Shown here: piece by piece, positions 24,970 through 40,080 of the stretch
Position numbering within the stretch: position 1 is the first letter of the stretch
Layout of the letters: the number at the start of each line of letters is the position of its first letter
NCBI GenBank assembly: GCA_964016885.1
Contig: OZ024757.1
Span: 3,100,001-3,164,000, forward strand
Direction of reading: 5' to 3'
DNA from: Eledone cirrhosa
Taxonomy: Eukaryota
Length of the DNA stretch: 64,000 nt
The notes under the pieces: generated by a model
Told to the model about the DNA's origin: nothing
Seen by the model: only the letters and a program-made list of their open reading frames with translations
Database searches by the model: none
Made by a program: the position numbers and the translations under genes

Positions 24970-27900
24970 CATGTCTGTAGTATCAGATCTGTGATCTCTC
25001 AATCCAGAGATTCTTTCTTGAGACATTCTAACCACATGTCTGTAGTATCAGAGCTGTGATCTCTCAATTCAGAGATTCTTTCCTGCGACATTCTAACCAC
25101 ATGTCTATAGTATCAGAGCTGTGATCTCTCAATTCAGAGATTCTTTCCTGAGACATTCTAACCACATGTCTGTAGTATCAGAGCTGTGATCTCTCAATTC
25201 AGAGATTCTTTCCTCAGAAATTCTAACCACATGTCTGTAGTATCAGAGCTGTGATCTCTCAATTTAGAGATTCTTTCCTGAGACATTCTAACCACATATC
25301 TATAGTATTAGAGCTGTGATCTCTCAATTCAAAGATTCTTTCCAGAGATATTCTTACCACATGTCTGTAGTATCAGAGCTGTGATCTCTCAATTCAGAGA
25401 TTCTTTCCTGAGACATTCTAACCACATGTCTATAGTATCAGAGCTGTGATCTCTCAATTCAGAGATTCTTTCCTGAGACATGCTAACCACATGTCTGTAG
25501 TATTAGAGCTGTGATCTCTCAATTCAAAGATTCTTTCCAGAGATATTCTTACCACATGTCAGTAGTATCAGAGCTGTGATCTCTCAATTCAGAGATTCTT
25601 TCCTGAGACATTCCCGCCACCAATCTGTAGTATCAGAGCTGTGATCTCTCAATTTAGAGATTCTTTCCTGAGGCATTCTAACCACATGTCTGTAGTATCA
25701 GAGCTGTGATCTCTCAATTCAGAGATTCTTTCCTGAGACATTCTAACCACATGTCTGTAGTATCAGAGGTGTGATCTCTCAATTCAGAGATTCTTTCCTG
25801 AGACATTCTAACCACATGTCTGTAGTATCAGAGCTGTGATATTTCAATTCAGAGATTCTTTCCTGAGACATTCTAACCACATGTCTATAGTATCAGAGCT
25901 GTGATCTCTCAACTCAGAGATTCTTTCCTGAGACATTCTAACCACATGTCTATAGTATCAGAGCTGTGAACTCTCAATTCAGAGATTCTTTCCTGAAACA
26001 TTCCCGCCACCAATCTGTAGTATCAGCGTTGTGATCTCTCAATTCAGAGATTATTTTCTCAGACATTCTAACCACATTTTTATAGTATCAGAGCTGTGAT
26101 CTCTCAATTTAGAGATTCTTTCCTGAGGCATTCTAACCACATGTCTATAGCCTCAGAGCTGTGATCTCTCAATTCAGAGATTCTTTCCTGAGACATTCTA
26201 ACCACGTCTGTAGTATCAGAGCTGTGATCTCGCAATTCAGAGATTCTTTCCTGCGACATTCTAACCACATGTCTGTAGTATCAGAGCTGTGATCTCTTAA
26301 TTCAGAGATTCTTTCCTGAGACATTCTAACCACATGTCTATAGTGTCAGAGCTGTGATCACTCAATTCAGAGATTCTTTCCTGAGACATTCTAACCACAT
26401 GTCTGTAGTATCAGAGGTGTGACCTCTCAATTCAGAGATTCTTTCCTGAGACATGCTAACCACATGTCTGTAGTATCAGAGCTGTGATCTCTCAATTCAG
26501 AGATTCTTTCCTGAGACATTCTAACCACATGTCTATAGTATCAGAGCTGTGATCTCTCAATTCAGAGATTCTTTCCTGAGACGTTCTAACCACATGTCTG
26601 TAGTATCAGAGCTGTGATCTCTCAATTCAGAGATTCTTTCCTCAGACATTCTAACCACATGTCTGTAGTATCAGAGCTGTGATCTCTCAATTCAGAGATT
26701 CTTTTCTCAGACATTCTAACCACATTTTTTTAGTATCAGAGCTGTGATCTCTCAATTTAGAGATTCTTTCCTGAGGCATTCTAACCACATGTCTATAGCA
26801 TCAGAGCTGTGATCTCTCAATTCAGAGATTCTTTCCTGAGACATTCTAACCACATGTCTGTAGTATCAGAGCTGTGATCTCTCAATTCAGAGATTCTTTC
26901 CTGCGACATTCTAACCACATGTCTGTAGTATCAGAGCTGTGATCTCTTAATTCAGAGATTCTTTCCTGAGACATTCTAACCACATGTCTATAGTATCAGA
27001 GCTGTGATCTCTCAATTCAGAGATTCTTTCCTGAGACATTCTAACCACATGTCTGTAGTATCAGAGGTGTGACCTCTCAATTCAGAGATTCTTTCCTGAG
27101 ACATGCTAACCACATGTCTGTAGTATCAGAGCTGTGATCTCTCAATTCAGAGATTCTTTCCTGAGACATTCTAACCACATGTCTAGAGTATCAGAGCTGT
27201 GATCTCTCAATTCAGAGATTCTTTCCTGAGACATTCTAACCACATGTCTGTAGTATCAGAGCTGTGATCTCTCAATTCAGAGATTCTTTCCTCAGACATT
27301 CTAACCACATGTCTGTAGTATCAGAGCTGTGATCTCTCAATTTAGAGATTCTTTCCTGAGACATTCTAACCACATATCTATAGTATTAGAGCTGTGATCT
27401 CTCAATTCAAAGATTATTTCCAGAGATATTCTTACCACATGTCTGTAGTATCAGAGCTGTGATCTCTCAATTCAGAGATTCTTTCCTGAGACATTCTAAC
27501 CACATATCTATAGTATCAGAGCTGTGATCTCTCAATTCAGAGATTCTTTCCTGAGACATTCTAACCACATGTCTGTAGTATCAGAGCTGTGATCTCTCAA
27601 TTCAGAGATTCTTTCCTCAGACATTCTAACCACATGTCTCTAGTATCAGAGCTGTGATCTCTCAATTTAGAGATTCTTTCCTGAGACATTCTAACCACAT
27701 ATCTATAGTATTAGAGCTGTGATCTCTCAATTCAAAGATTCTTTCCAGAGATATTCTTACCACATGTCTGTAGTATCAGAGGTGTGATCTCTCAATTCAG
27801 AGATTCTTTCCTGAGACATTCTAACCACATGTCTATAGTATCAGAGCTGTGATCTCTCAATTCAGAGATTCTTTCCTGAGACATGCTAACCACATGTCTG

Positions 27901-30900
27901 TAGTATTAGAGCTGTGATCTCTCAATTCAAAGATTCTTTCCAGAGATATTCTTACCACATGTCAGTAGTATCAGAGCTGTGATCTCTAAATTCAGAGATT
28001 CTTTCCTGAGACATTCCCGCCACCAATCTGTAGTATCAGAGCTGTGATCTCTCAATTTAGAGATTCTTTCCTGAGGCATTCTAACCACATGTCTGTAGTA
28101 TCAGAGCTGTGATCTCTCAATTCAGAGATTCTTTCCTGAGACATTCTAACCACATGTCTGTAGTATCAGACGTGTGATCTCTCAATTCAGAGATTCTTTC
28201 CTGAGACATTCTAACCACATGTCTGTAGTATCAGAGCTGTGATATTTCAATTCAGAGATTCTTTCCTGAGACATTCTAACCACATGTCTATAGTATCAGA
28301 GCTGTGATCTCTCAACTCAGAGATTCTTTCCTGAGACATTCTAACCACATGTCTATAGTATCAGAGCTGTGATCTCTCAATTCAGAGATTCTTTCCTGAA
28401 ACATTCCCGCCACCAATCTGTAGTATCAGCTTTGTGATCTCTCAATTCAGAGATTCTTTTCTCAGAGATTCTAACACATTTTTATAGTATCAGAGCTGTG
28501 ATCTCTCAATTTAGAGATTCTTTCCTGAGGCATTCTAACCACATGTCTATAGCATCAGAGCTGTGATCTCTCAATTCAGAGATTCTTTCCTGAGACATTC
28601 TAAACACATGTCTGTAGTATCAGAGCTGTGATCTCGCAATTCAGAGATTCTTTCCTGCGACATTCTAACCACATGTCTGTAGTATCAGAGCTGTGACCTC
28701 GCAATTCAGAGATTCTTTCCTGAGACATTCTAACCACATGTCTATAGTATCTGAGCTGTGATCACTCAATTCAGAGATTCTTTCCTGAGACATTCTAACC
28801 ACATGTCTGTAGTATCAGAGGTGTGACCTCTCAATTCAGAGATTCTTTCCTGAGACATGCTAAACACATGTCTGTAGTATCAGAGCTGTGATCTCTCAAT
28901 TCAGAGATTCTTTCCTGAGACATTCTAACCACATGTCTATAGTATCAGAGCTGTGATCTCTCAATTCAGAGATTCTTTCCTGAGACATTCTAACCACATG
29001 TCTGTAGTATCAGAGCTGTGATCTCTCAATTCAGAGATTCTTTCCTCAGACATTCTAACCACATGTCTGTAGTATCAGAGCTGTGATCTCTCAATTCAGA
29101 GATTCTTTTCTCAGACATTCTAACCACATTTTTATAGTATCAGAGCTGTGATCTCTCAATTTAGAGATTCTTTCCTGAGGCATTCTAACCACATGTCTAT
29201 AGCATCAGAGCTGTGATCTCTCAATTCAGAGATTCTTTCCTGAGACATTCTAACCACATGTCTGTAGTATCAGAGCTGTGATATCTCAATTCAGAGATTC
29301 TTTCCTGCGACATTCTAACCACATGTCTGTAGTATCAGATCTGTGATCTCTCAATCCAGAGATTCTTTCTTGAGACATTCTAACCACATGTCTGTAGTAT
29401 CAGAGCTGTGATCTCTCAATTCAGAGATTCTTTCCTGCGACATTCTAACCACATGTCTATAGTATCAGAGCTGTGATCTCTCAATTCAGAGATTCTTTCC
29501 TGAGACATTCTAACCACATGTCTGTAGTATCAGAGCTGTGATCTCTCAATTCAGAGATTCTTTCCTCAGAAATTCTAACCACATGTCTGTAGTATCAGAG
29601 CTGTGATCTCTCAATTTAGAGATTCTTTCCTGAGACATTCTAACCACATATCTATAGTATTAGAGCTGTGATCTCTCAATTCAAAGATTCTTTCCAGAGA
29701 TATTCTTACCACATGTCTGTAGTATCAGAGCTGTGATCTCTCAATTCAGAGATTCTTTCCTGAGACATTCTAACCACATGTCTATAGTATCAGAGCTGTG
29801 ATCTCTCAATTCAGAGATTCTTTCCTGAGACATGCTAACCACATGTCTGTAGTATTAGAGCTGTGATCTCTAAAATTCAAAGATTCTTTCCAGAGATATT
29901 CTTACCACATGTCAGTAGTATCAGAGCTGTGATCTCTCAATTCAGAGATTCTTTCCTGAGACATTCCCGCCACCAATCTGTAGTATCAGAGCTGTGATCT
30001 CTCAATTTAGAGATTCTTTCCTGAGGCATTCTAACCACATGTCTGTAGTATCAGAGCTGTGATCTCTCAATTCAGAGATTCTTTCCTGAGACATTCTAAC
30101 CACATGTCTGTAGTATCAGAGGTGTGATCTCTCAATTCAGAGATTCTTTCCTGAGACATTCTAACCACATGTCTGTAGTATCAGAGCTGTGATATTTCAA
30201 TTCAGAGATTCTTTCCTGAGACATTCTAACCACATGTCTATAGTATCAGAGCTGTGATCTCTCAACTCAGAGATTCTTTCCTGAGACATTCTAACCACAT
30301 GTCTATAGTATCAGAGCTGTGAACTCTCAATTCAGAGATTCTTTCCTGAAACATTCCCGCCACCAATCTGTAGTATCAGCGTTGTGATCTCTCAATTCAG
30401 AGATTATTTTCTCAGACATTCTAACCACATTTTTATAGTATCAGAGCTGTGATCTCTCAATTTAGAGATTCTTTCCTGAGGCATTCTAACCACATGTCTA
30501 TAGCCTCAGAGCTGTGATCTCTCAATTCAGAGATTCTTTCCTGAGACATTCTAACCACGTCTGTAGTATCAGAGCTGTGATCTCGCAATTCAGAGATTCT
30601 TTCCTGCGACATTCTAACCACATGTCTGTAGTATCAGAGCTGTGATCTCTTAATTCAGAGATTCTTTCCTGAGACATTCTAACCACATGTCTATAGTGTC
30701 AGAGCTGTGATCACTCAATTCAGAGATTCTTTCCTGAGACATTCTAACCACATGTCTGTAGTATCAGAGGTGTGACCTCTCAATTCAGAGATTCTTTCCT
30801 GAGACATGCTAACCACATGTCTGTAGTATCAGAGCTGTGATCTCTCAATTCAGAGATTCTTTCCTGAGACATTCTAACCACATGTCTATAGTATCAGAGC

Positions 30901-33900
30901 TGTGATCTCTCAATTCAGAGATTCTTTCCTGAGACGTTCTAACCACATGTCTGTAGTATCAGAGCTGTGATCTCTCAATTCAGAGATTCTTTCCTCAGAC
31001 ATTCTAACCACATGTCTGTAGTATCAGAGCTGTGATCTCTCAATTCAGAGATTCTTTTCTCAGACATTCTAACCACATTTTTTTAGTATCAGAGCTGTGA
31101 TCTCTCAATTTAGAGATTCTTTCCTGAGGCATTCTAACCACATGTCTATAGCATCAGAGCTGTGATCTCTCAATTCAGAGATTCTTTCCTGAGACATTCT
31201 AACCACATGTCTGTAGTATCAGAGCTGTGATCTCTCAATTCAGAGATTCTTTCCTGCGACATTCTAACCACATGTCTGTAGTATCAGAGCTGTGATCTCT
31301 TAATTCAGAGATTCTTTCCTGAGACATTCTAACCACATGTCTATAGTATCAGAGCTGTGATCTCTCAATTCAGAGATTCTTTCCTGAGACATTCTAACCA
31401 CATGTCTGTAGTATCAGAGGTGTGACCTCTCAATTCAGAGATTCTTTCCTGAGACATGCTAACCACATGTCTGTAGTATCAGAGCTGTGATCTCTCAATT
31501 CAGAGATTCTTTCCTGAGACATTCTAACCACATGTCTAGAGTATCAGAGCTGTGATCTCTCAATTCAGAGATTCTTTCCTGAGACATTCTAACCACATGT
31601 CTGTAGTATCAGAGCTGTGATCTCTCAATTCAGAGATTCTTTCCTCAGACATTCTAACCACATGTCTGTAGTATCAGAGCTGTGATCTCTCAATTTAGAG
31701 ATTCTTTCCTGAGACATTCTAACCACATATCTATAGTATTAGAGCTGTGATCTCTCAATTCAAAGATTATTTCCAGAGATATTCTTACCACATGTCTGTA
31801 GTATCAGGGCTGTGATCTCTCAATTCAGAGATTCTTTCCTGAGACATTCTAACCACATATCTATAGTATCAGAGCTGTGATCTCTCAATTCAGAGATTCT
31901 TTCCTGAGACATTCTAACCACATGTCTGTAGTATCAGAGCTGTGATCTCTCAATTCAGAGATTCTTTCCTCAGACATTCTAACCACATGTCTCTAGTATC
32001 AGAGCTGTGATCTCTCAATTTAGAGATTCTTTCCTGAGACATTCTAACCACATATCTATAGTATTAGAGCTGTGATCTCTCAATTCAAAGATTCTTTCCA
32101 GAGATATTCTTACCACATGTCTGTAGTATCAGAGGTGTGATCTCTCAATTCAGAGATTCTTTCCTGAGACATTCTAACCACATGTCTATAGTATCAGAGC
32201 TGTGATCTCTCAATTCAGAGATTCTTTCCTGAGACATGCTAACCACATGTCTGTAGTATTAGAGCTGTGATCTCTCAATTCAAAGATTCTTTCCAGAGAT
32301 ATTCTTACCACATGTCAGTAGTATCAGAGCTGTGATCTCTAAATTCAGAGATTCTTTCCTGAGACATTCCCGCCACCAATCTGTAGTATCAGAGCTGTGA
32401 TCTCTCAATTTAGAGATTCTTTCCTGAGGCATTCTAACCACATGTCTGTAGTATCAGAGCTGTGATCTCTCAATTCAGAGATTCTTTCCTGAGACATTCT
32501 AACCACATGTCTGTAGTATCAGACGTGTGATCTCTCAATTCAGAGATTCTTTCCTGAGACATTCTAACCACATGTCTGTAGTATCAGAGCTGTGATATTT
32601 CAATTCAGAGATTCTTTCCTGAGACATTCTAACCACATGTCTATAGTATCAGAGCTGTGATCTCTCAACTCAGAGATTCTTTCCTGAGACATTCTAACCA
32701 CATGTCTATAGTATCAGAGCTGTGATCTCTCAATTCAGAGATTCTTTCCTGAAACATTCCCGCCACCAATCTGTAGTATCAGCTTTGTGATCTCTCAATT
32801 CAGAGATTCTTTTCTCAGAGATTCTAACACATTTTTATAGTATCAGAGCTGTGATCTCTCAATTTAGAGATTCTTTCCTGAGGCATTCTAACCACATGTC
32901 TATAGCATCAGAGCTGTGATCTCTCAATTCAGAGATTCTTTCCTGAGACATTCTAAACACATGTCTGTAGTATCAGAGCTGTGATCTCGCAATTCAGAGA
33001 TTCTTTCCTGCGACATTCTAACCACATGTCTGTAGTATCAGAGCTGTGACCTCGCAATTCAGAGATTCTTTCCTGAGACATTCTAACCACATGTCTATAG
33101 TATCTGAGCTGTGATCACTCAATTCAGAGATTCTTTCCTGAGACATTCTAACCACATGTCTGTAGTATCAGAGGTGTGACCTCTCATCTCAGAGATTCTT
33201 TCCTGAGACATGCTAAACACATGTCTGTAGTATCAGAGCTGTGATCTCTCAATTCAGAGATTCTTTCCTGAGACATTCTAACCACATGTCTATAGTATCA
33301 GAGCTGTGATCTCTCAATTCAGAGATTCTTTCCTGAGACATTCTAACCACATGTCTGTAGTATCAGAGCTGTGATCTCTCAATTCAGAGATTCTTTCCTC
33401 AGACATTCTAACCACATGTCTGTAGTATCAGAGCTGTGATCTCTCAATTCAGAGATTCTTTTCTCAGACATTCTAACCACATTTTTATAGTATCAGAGCT
33501 GTGATCTCTCAATTTAGAGATTCTTTCCTGAGGCATTCTAACCACATGTCTATAGCATCAGAGCTGTGATCTCTCAATTCAGAGATTCTTTCCTGAGACA
33601 TTCTAACCACATGTCTGTAGTATCAGAGCTGTGATCTCTCAATTCAGAGATTCTTTCCTGCGACATTCTAACCACATGTCTGTAGTATCAGATCTGTGAT
33701 CTCTCAATCCAGAGATTCTTTCTTGAGACATTCTAACCACATGTCTGTAGTATCAGAGCTGTGATCTCTCAATTCAGAGATTCTTTCCTGCGACATTCTA
33801 ACCACATGTCTATAGTATCAGAGCTGTGATCTCTCAATTCAGAGATTCTTTCCTGAGACATTCTAACCACATGTCTGTAGTATCAGAGCTGTGATCTCTC

Positions 33901-35080
33901 AATTCAGAGATTCTTTCCTCAGAAATTCTAACCACATGTCTGTAGTATCAGAGCTGTGATCTCTCAATTTAGAGATTCTTTCCTGAGACATTCTAACCAC
34001 ATATCTATAGTATTAGAGCTGTGATCTCTCAATTCAAAGATTCTTTCCAGAGATATTCTTACCACATGTCTGTAGTATCAGAGCTGTGATCTCTCAATTC
34101 AGAGATTCTTTCCTGAGACATTCTAACCACATGTCTATAGTATCAGAGCTGTGATCTCTCAATTCAGAGATTCTTTCCTGAGACATGCTAACCACATGTC
34201 TGTAGTATTAGAGCTGTGATCTCTAAAATTCAAAGATTCTTTCCAGAGATATTCTTACCACATGTCAGTAGTATCAGAGCTGTGATCTCTCAATTCAGAG
34301 ATTCTTTCCTGAGACATTCCCGCCACCAATCTGTAGTATCAGAGCTGTGATCTCTCAATTTAGAGATTCTTTCCTGAGGCATTCTAACCACATGTCTGTA
34401 GTATCAGAGCTGTGATCTCTCAATTCAGAGATTCTTTCCTGAGACATTCTAACCACATGTCTGTAGTATCAGAGGTGTGATCTCTCAATTCAGAGATTCT
34501 TTCCTGAGACATTCTAACCACATGTCTGTAGTATCAGAGCTGTGATATTTCAATTCAGAGATTCTTTCCTGAGACATTCTAACCACATGTCTATAGTATC
34601 AGAGCTGTGATCTCTCAACTCAGAGATTCTTTCCTGAGACATTCTAACCACATGTCTATAGTATCAGAGCTGTGAACTCTCAATTCAGAGATTCTTTCCT
34701 GAAACATTCCCGCCACCAATCTGTAGTATCAGCGTTGTGATCTCTCAATTCAGAGATTATTTTCTCAGACATTCTAACCACATTTTTATAGTATCAGAGC
34801 TGTGATCTCTCAATTTAGAGATTCTTTCCTGATGCATTCTAACCACATGTCTATAGCATCAGAGCTGTGATCTCTCAATTCAGAGATTCTTTCCTGAGAC
34901 ATTCTAACCACGTCTGTAGTATCAGAGCTGTGATCTCGCAATTCAGAGATTCTTTCCTGCGACATTCTAACCACATGTCTGTAGTATCAGAGCTGTGATC
35001 TCTTAATTCAGAGATTCTTTCCTGAGACATTCTAACCACATGTCTATAGTGTCAGAGCTGTGATCACTCAATTCAGAGAT
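24970..35080 (+). repeat. 67-monomer (4353-bp) higher-order repeat, about 2.3 near-identical tandem copies; the unit is a 37-mer plus a related 30-mer
   Basis: Indel markers recur at 4353 bp: dAT monomers 26194/30547/34900, ctaacacatt 28471/32824, taaaatt 29871/34224. SNVs do too: cctcag 26151/30504, ctctaaattc (aaa at 27988/32341), agcttt 28428/32781. gaaa-CCG monomers at 25999, 28402 and 30352 split the unit into 2403 bp (37 units) plus 1950 bp (30 units). Confidence 0.93.
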
Positions 35081-36978
35081 TCTTTCCTGCGACATTCTAA
35101 CCACATGTCTGTAGTATCAGAGCTGTGACCTCGCAATTCAGAGATTCTTTCCTGAGACATTCTAACCACATGTCTATAGTATCTGAGCTGTGATCACTCA
35201 ATTCAGAGATTCTTTCCTGAGACATTCTAACCACATGTCTGTAGTATCAGAGGTGTGACCTCTCAATTCAGAGATTCTTTCCTGAGACATGCTAAACACA
35301 TGTCTGTAGTATCAGAGCTGTGATCTCTCAATTCAGAGATTCTTTCCTGAGACATTCTAACCACATGTCTATAGTATCAGAGCTGTGATCTCTCAATTCA
35401 GAGATTCTTTCCTGAGACATTCTAACCACATGTCTGTAGTATCAGAGCTGTGATCTCTCAATTCAGAGATTCTTTCCTCAGACATTCTAACCACATGTCT
35501 GTAGTATCAGAGCTGTGATCTCTCAATTCAGAGATTCTTTTCTCAGACATTCTAACCACATTTTTATAGTATCAGAGCTGTGATCTCTCAATTTAGAGAT
35601 TCTTTCCTGAGGCATTCTAACCACATGTCTATAGCATCAGAGCTGTGATCTCTCAATTCAGAGATTCTTTCCTGAGACATTCTAACCACATGTCTGTAGT
35701 ATCAGAGCTGTGATCTCTCAATTCAGAGATTCTTTCCTGCGACATTCTAACCACATGTCTGTAGTATCAGATCTGTGATCTCTCAATCCAGAGATTCTTT
35801 CTTGAGACATTCTAACCACATGTCTGTAGTATCAGAGCTGTGATCTCTCAATTCAGAGATTCTTTCCTGCGACATTCTAACCACATGTCTATAGTATCAG
35901 AGCTGTGATCTCTCAATTCAGAGATTCTTTCCTGAGACATTCTAACCACATGTCTGTAGTATCAGAGCTGTGATCTCTCAATTCAGAGATTCTTTCCTCA
36001 GAAATTCTAACCACATGTCTGTAGTATCAGAGCTGTGATCTCTCAATTTAGAGATTCTTTCCTGAGACATTCTAACCACATATCTATAGTATTAGAGCTG
36101 TGATCTCTCAATTCAAAGATTCTTTCCAGAGATATTCTTACCACATGTCTGTAGTATCAGAGCTGTGATCTCTCAATTCAGAGATTCTTTCCTGAGACAT
36201 TCTAACCACATGTCTATAGTATCAGAGCTGTGATCTCTCAATTCAGAGATTCTTTCCTGAGACATGCTAACCACATGTCTGTAGTATTAGAGCTGTGATC
36301 TCTAAAATTCAAAGATTCTTTCCAGAGATATTCTTACCACATGTCAGTAGTATCAGAGCTGTGATCTCTCAATTCAGAGATTCTTTCCTGAGACATTCCC
36401 GCCACCAATCTGTAGTATCAGAGCTGTGATCTCTCAATTTAGAGATTCTTTCCTGAGGCATTCTAACCACATGTCTGTAGTATCAGAGCTGTGATCTCTC
36501 AATTCAGAGATTCTTTCCTGAGACATTCTAACCACATGTCTGTAGTATCAGAGGTGTGATCTCTCAATTCAGAGATTCTTTCCTGAGACATTCTAACCAC
36601 ATGTCTGTAGTATCAGAGCTGTGATATTTCAATTCAGAGATTCTTTCCTGAGACATTCTAACCACATGTCTATAGTATCAGAGCTGTGATCTCTCAACTC
36701 AGAGATTCTTTCCTGAGACATTCTAACCACATGTCTATAGTATCAGAGCTGTGAACTCTCAATTCAGAGATTCTTTCCTGAAACATTCCCGCCACCAATC
36801 TGTAGTATCAGCGTTGTGATCTCTCAATTCAGAGATTATTTTCTCAGACATTCTAACCACATTTTTATAGTATCAGAGCTGTGATCTCTCAATTTAGAGA
36901 TTCTTTCCTGATGCATTCTAACCACATGTCTATAGCATCAGAGCTGTGATCTCTCAATTCAGAGATTCTTTCCTGAGA
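34900..36978 (+). repeat. 32-monomer (2079-bp) deletion derivative of the 67-mer HOR
   Basis: taaaatt 34224/36303, atgcattc 34832/36911, CCG monomer 34705/36784 and dAT monomer 34900/36979 are all 2079 bp apart (32x65-1). Near 35080-35100 the variant order jumps from the first half of the 67-mer to the second half, so 35 monomers are missing. Confidence 0.88.
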
Positions 36979-37769
36979 CATTCTAACCACGTCTGTAGTA
37001 TCAGAGCTGTGATCTCGCAATTCAGAGATTCTTTCCTGCGACATTCTAACCACATGTCTGTAGTATCAGAGTTGTGATCTCTTAATTCAGAGATTCTTTC
37101 CTGAGACATTCTAACCACATGTCTCTAGTGTCAGAGCTGTGATCACTCAATTCAGAGATTCTTTCCTGTGACATTCTAACCACATGTCTGTAGTATCAGA
37201 GGTGTGACCTCTCAATTCAGAGATTCTTTCCTGAGACATGCTAACCACATGTCTGTAGTATCAGAGCTGTGATCTCTCAATTCAGAGATTCTTTCCTGAG
37301 ACATTCTAACCACATGTCTATAGTATCAGAGCTGTGATCTCTCAATTCAGAGATTCTTTCCTGAGACATTCTAACCACATGTCTGTAGTATCAGAGCTGT
37401 GATCTCTCAATTCAGAGATTCTTTCCTCAGACATTCTAACCACATGTCTGTAGTATCAGAGCTGTGATCTCTCAATTCAGAGATTCTTTTCTCAGACATT
37501 CTAACCACATTTTTTTAGTATCAGAGCTGTGATCTCTCAATTTAGAGATTCTTTCCTGAGGCATTCTAACCACATGTCTATAGCATCAGAGCTGTGATCT
37601 CTCAATTCAGAGATTCTTTCCTGAGACATTCTAACCACACGTCTGTAGTATCAGAGCTGTGATCTCTCAATTCAGAGATTCTTTCCTGCGACATTCTAAC
37701 CACATGTCTGTAGTATCAGAGCTGTGATCTCTTAATTCAGAGATTCTTTCCTGAGACATTCTAACCACA

Positions 37770-40080
37770 TGTCTATAGTATCAGAGCTGTGATCTCTCAA
37801 TTCAGAGATTCTTTCCTGAGACATTCTAACCACATGTCTGTAGTATCAGAGGTGTGACCTCTCAATTCAGAGATTCTTTCCTGAGACATGCTAACCACAT
37901 GTCTGTAGTATCAGAGCTGTGATCTCTCAATTCAGAGATTCTTTCCTGAGACATTCTAACCACATGTCTAGAGTATCAGAGCTGTGATCTCTCAATTCAG
38001 AGATTCTTTCCTGAGACATTCTAACCACATGTCTGTAGTATCAGAGCTGTGATCTCTCAATTCAGAGATTCTTTCCTCAGACATTCTAACCACATGTCTG
38101 TAGTATCAGAGCTGTGATCTCTCAATTTAGAGATTCTTTCCTGAGACATTCTAACCACATATCTATAGTATTAGAGCTGTGATCTCTCAATTCAAAGATT
38201 ATTTCCAGAGATATTCTTACCACATGTCTGTAGTATCAGAGCTGTGATCTCTCAATTCAGAGATTCTTTCCTGAGACATTCTAACCACATATCTATAGTA
38301 TCAGAGCTGTGATCTCTCAATTCAGAGATTCTTTCCTGAGACATTCTAACCACATGTCTGTAGTATCAGAGCTGTGATCTCTCAATTCAGAGATTCTTTC
38401 CTCAGACATTCTATCCACATGTCTGTAGTATCAGAGCTGTGATCTCTCAATTTAGAGATTCTTTCCTGAGACATTCTAACCACATATCTATAGTATTAGA
38501 GCTGTGATCTCTCAATTCAAAGATTCTTTCCAGAGATATTCTTACCACATGTCTGTAGTATCAGAGGTGTGATCTCTCAATTCAGAGATTCTTTCCTGAG
38601 ACATTCTAACCACATGTCTATAGTATCAGAGCTGTGATCTCTCAATTCAGAGATTCTTTCCTGAGACATGCTAACCACATGTCTGTAGTATTAGAGCTGT
38701 GATCTCCCAATTCAAAGATTCTTTCCAGAGATATTCTTACCACATGTCAGTAGTATCAGAGCTGTGATCTCTCAATTCAGAGATTCTTTCCTGAGACATT
38801 CCAGCCACCAAACTGTAGTATCAGAGCTGTGATCTCTCAATTTAGAGATTCTTTCCTGAGGCATTCTAACCACATGTCTGTAGTATCAGAGCTGTGATCT
38901 CTCAATTCAGAGATTCTTTCCTGAGACATTCTAACCACATGTCTATAGTATCAGAGCTGTGATCTCTCAATTCAGAGATTCTTTCCTGAGACATTCTAAC
39001 CACATGTCTGTAGTATCAGAGGTGTGACCTCTCAATTCAGAGATTCTTTCCTGAGACATGCTAACCACATGTCTGTAGTATCAGAGCTGTGATCTCTCAA
39101 TTCAGAGATTCTTTCCTGAGACATTCTAACCACATGTCTAGAGTATCAGAGCTGTGATCTCTCAATTCAGAGATTCTTTCCTGAGACATTCTAACCACAT
39201 GTCTGTAGTATCAGAGCTGTGATCTCTCAATTCAGAGATTCTTTCCTCAGACATTCTAACCACATGTCTGTAGTATCAGAGCTGTGATCTCTCAATTTAG
39301 AGATTCTTTCCTGAGACATTCTAACCACATATCTATAGTATTAGAGCTGTGATCTCTCAATTCAAAGATTATTTCCAGAGATATTCTTACCACATGTCTG
39401 TAGTATCAGAGCTGTGATCTCTCAATTCAGAGATTCTTTCCTGAGACATTCTAACCACATATCTATAGTATCAGAGCTGTGATCTCTCAATTCAGAGATT
39501 CTTTCCTGAGACATTCTAACCACATGTCTGTAGTATCAGAGCTGTGATCTCTCAATTCAGAGATTCTTTCCTCAGACATTCTATCCACATGTCTGTAGTA
39601 TCAGAGCTGTGATCTCTCAATTTAGAGATTCTTTCCTGAGACATTCTAACCACATATCTATAGTATTAGAGCTGTGATCTCTCAATTCAAAGATTCTTTC
39701 CAGAGATATTCTTACCACATGTCTGTAGTATCAGAGGTGTGATCTCTCAATTCAGAGATTCTTTCCTGAGACATTCTAACCACATGTCTATAGTATCAGA
39801 GCTGTGATCTCTCAATTCAGAGATTCTTTCCTGAGACATGCTAACCACATGTCTGTAGTATTAGAGCTGTGATCTCCCAATTCAAAGATTCTTTCCAGAG
39901 ATATTCTTACCACATGTCAGTAGTATCAGAGCTGTGATCTCTCAATTCAGAGATTCTTTCCTGAGACATTCCCGCCACCAAACTGTAGTATCAGAGCTGT
40001 GATCTCTCAATTTAGAGATTCTTTCCTGAGGCATTCTAACCACATGTCTGTAGTATCAGAGCTGTGATCTCTCAATTCAG
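37770..40080 (+). repeat. 18-monomer (1170-bp) tandem duplication
   Basis: ctatccacat 38411/39581, gatctcccaa 38701/39871 and aactgtagta 38811/39981 are all 1170 bp apart. Confidence 0.9.
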
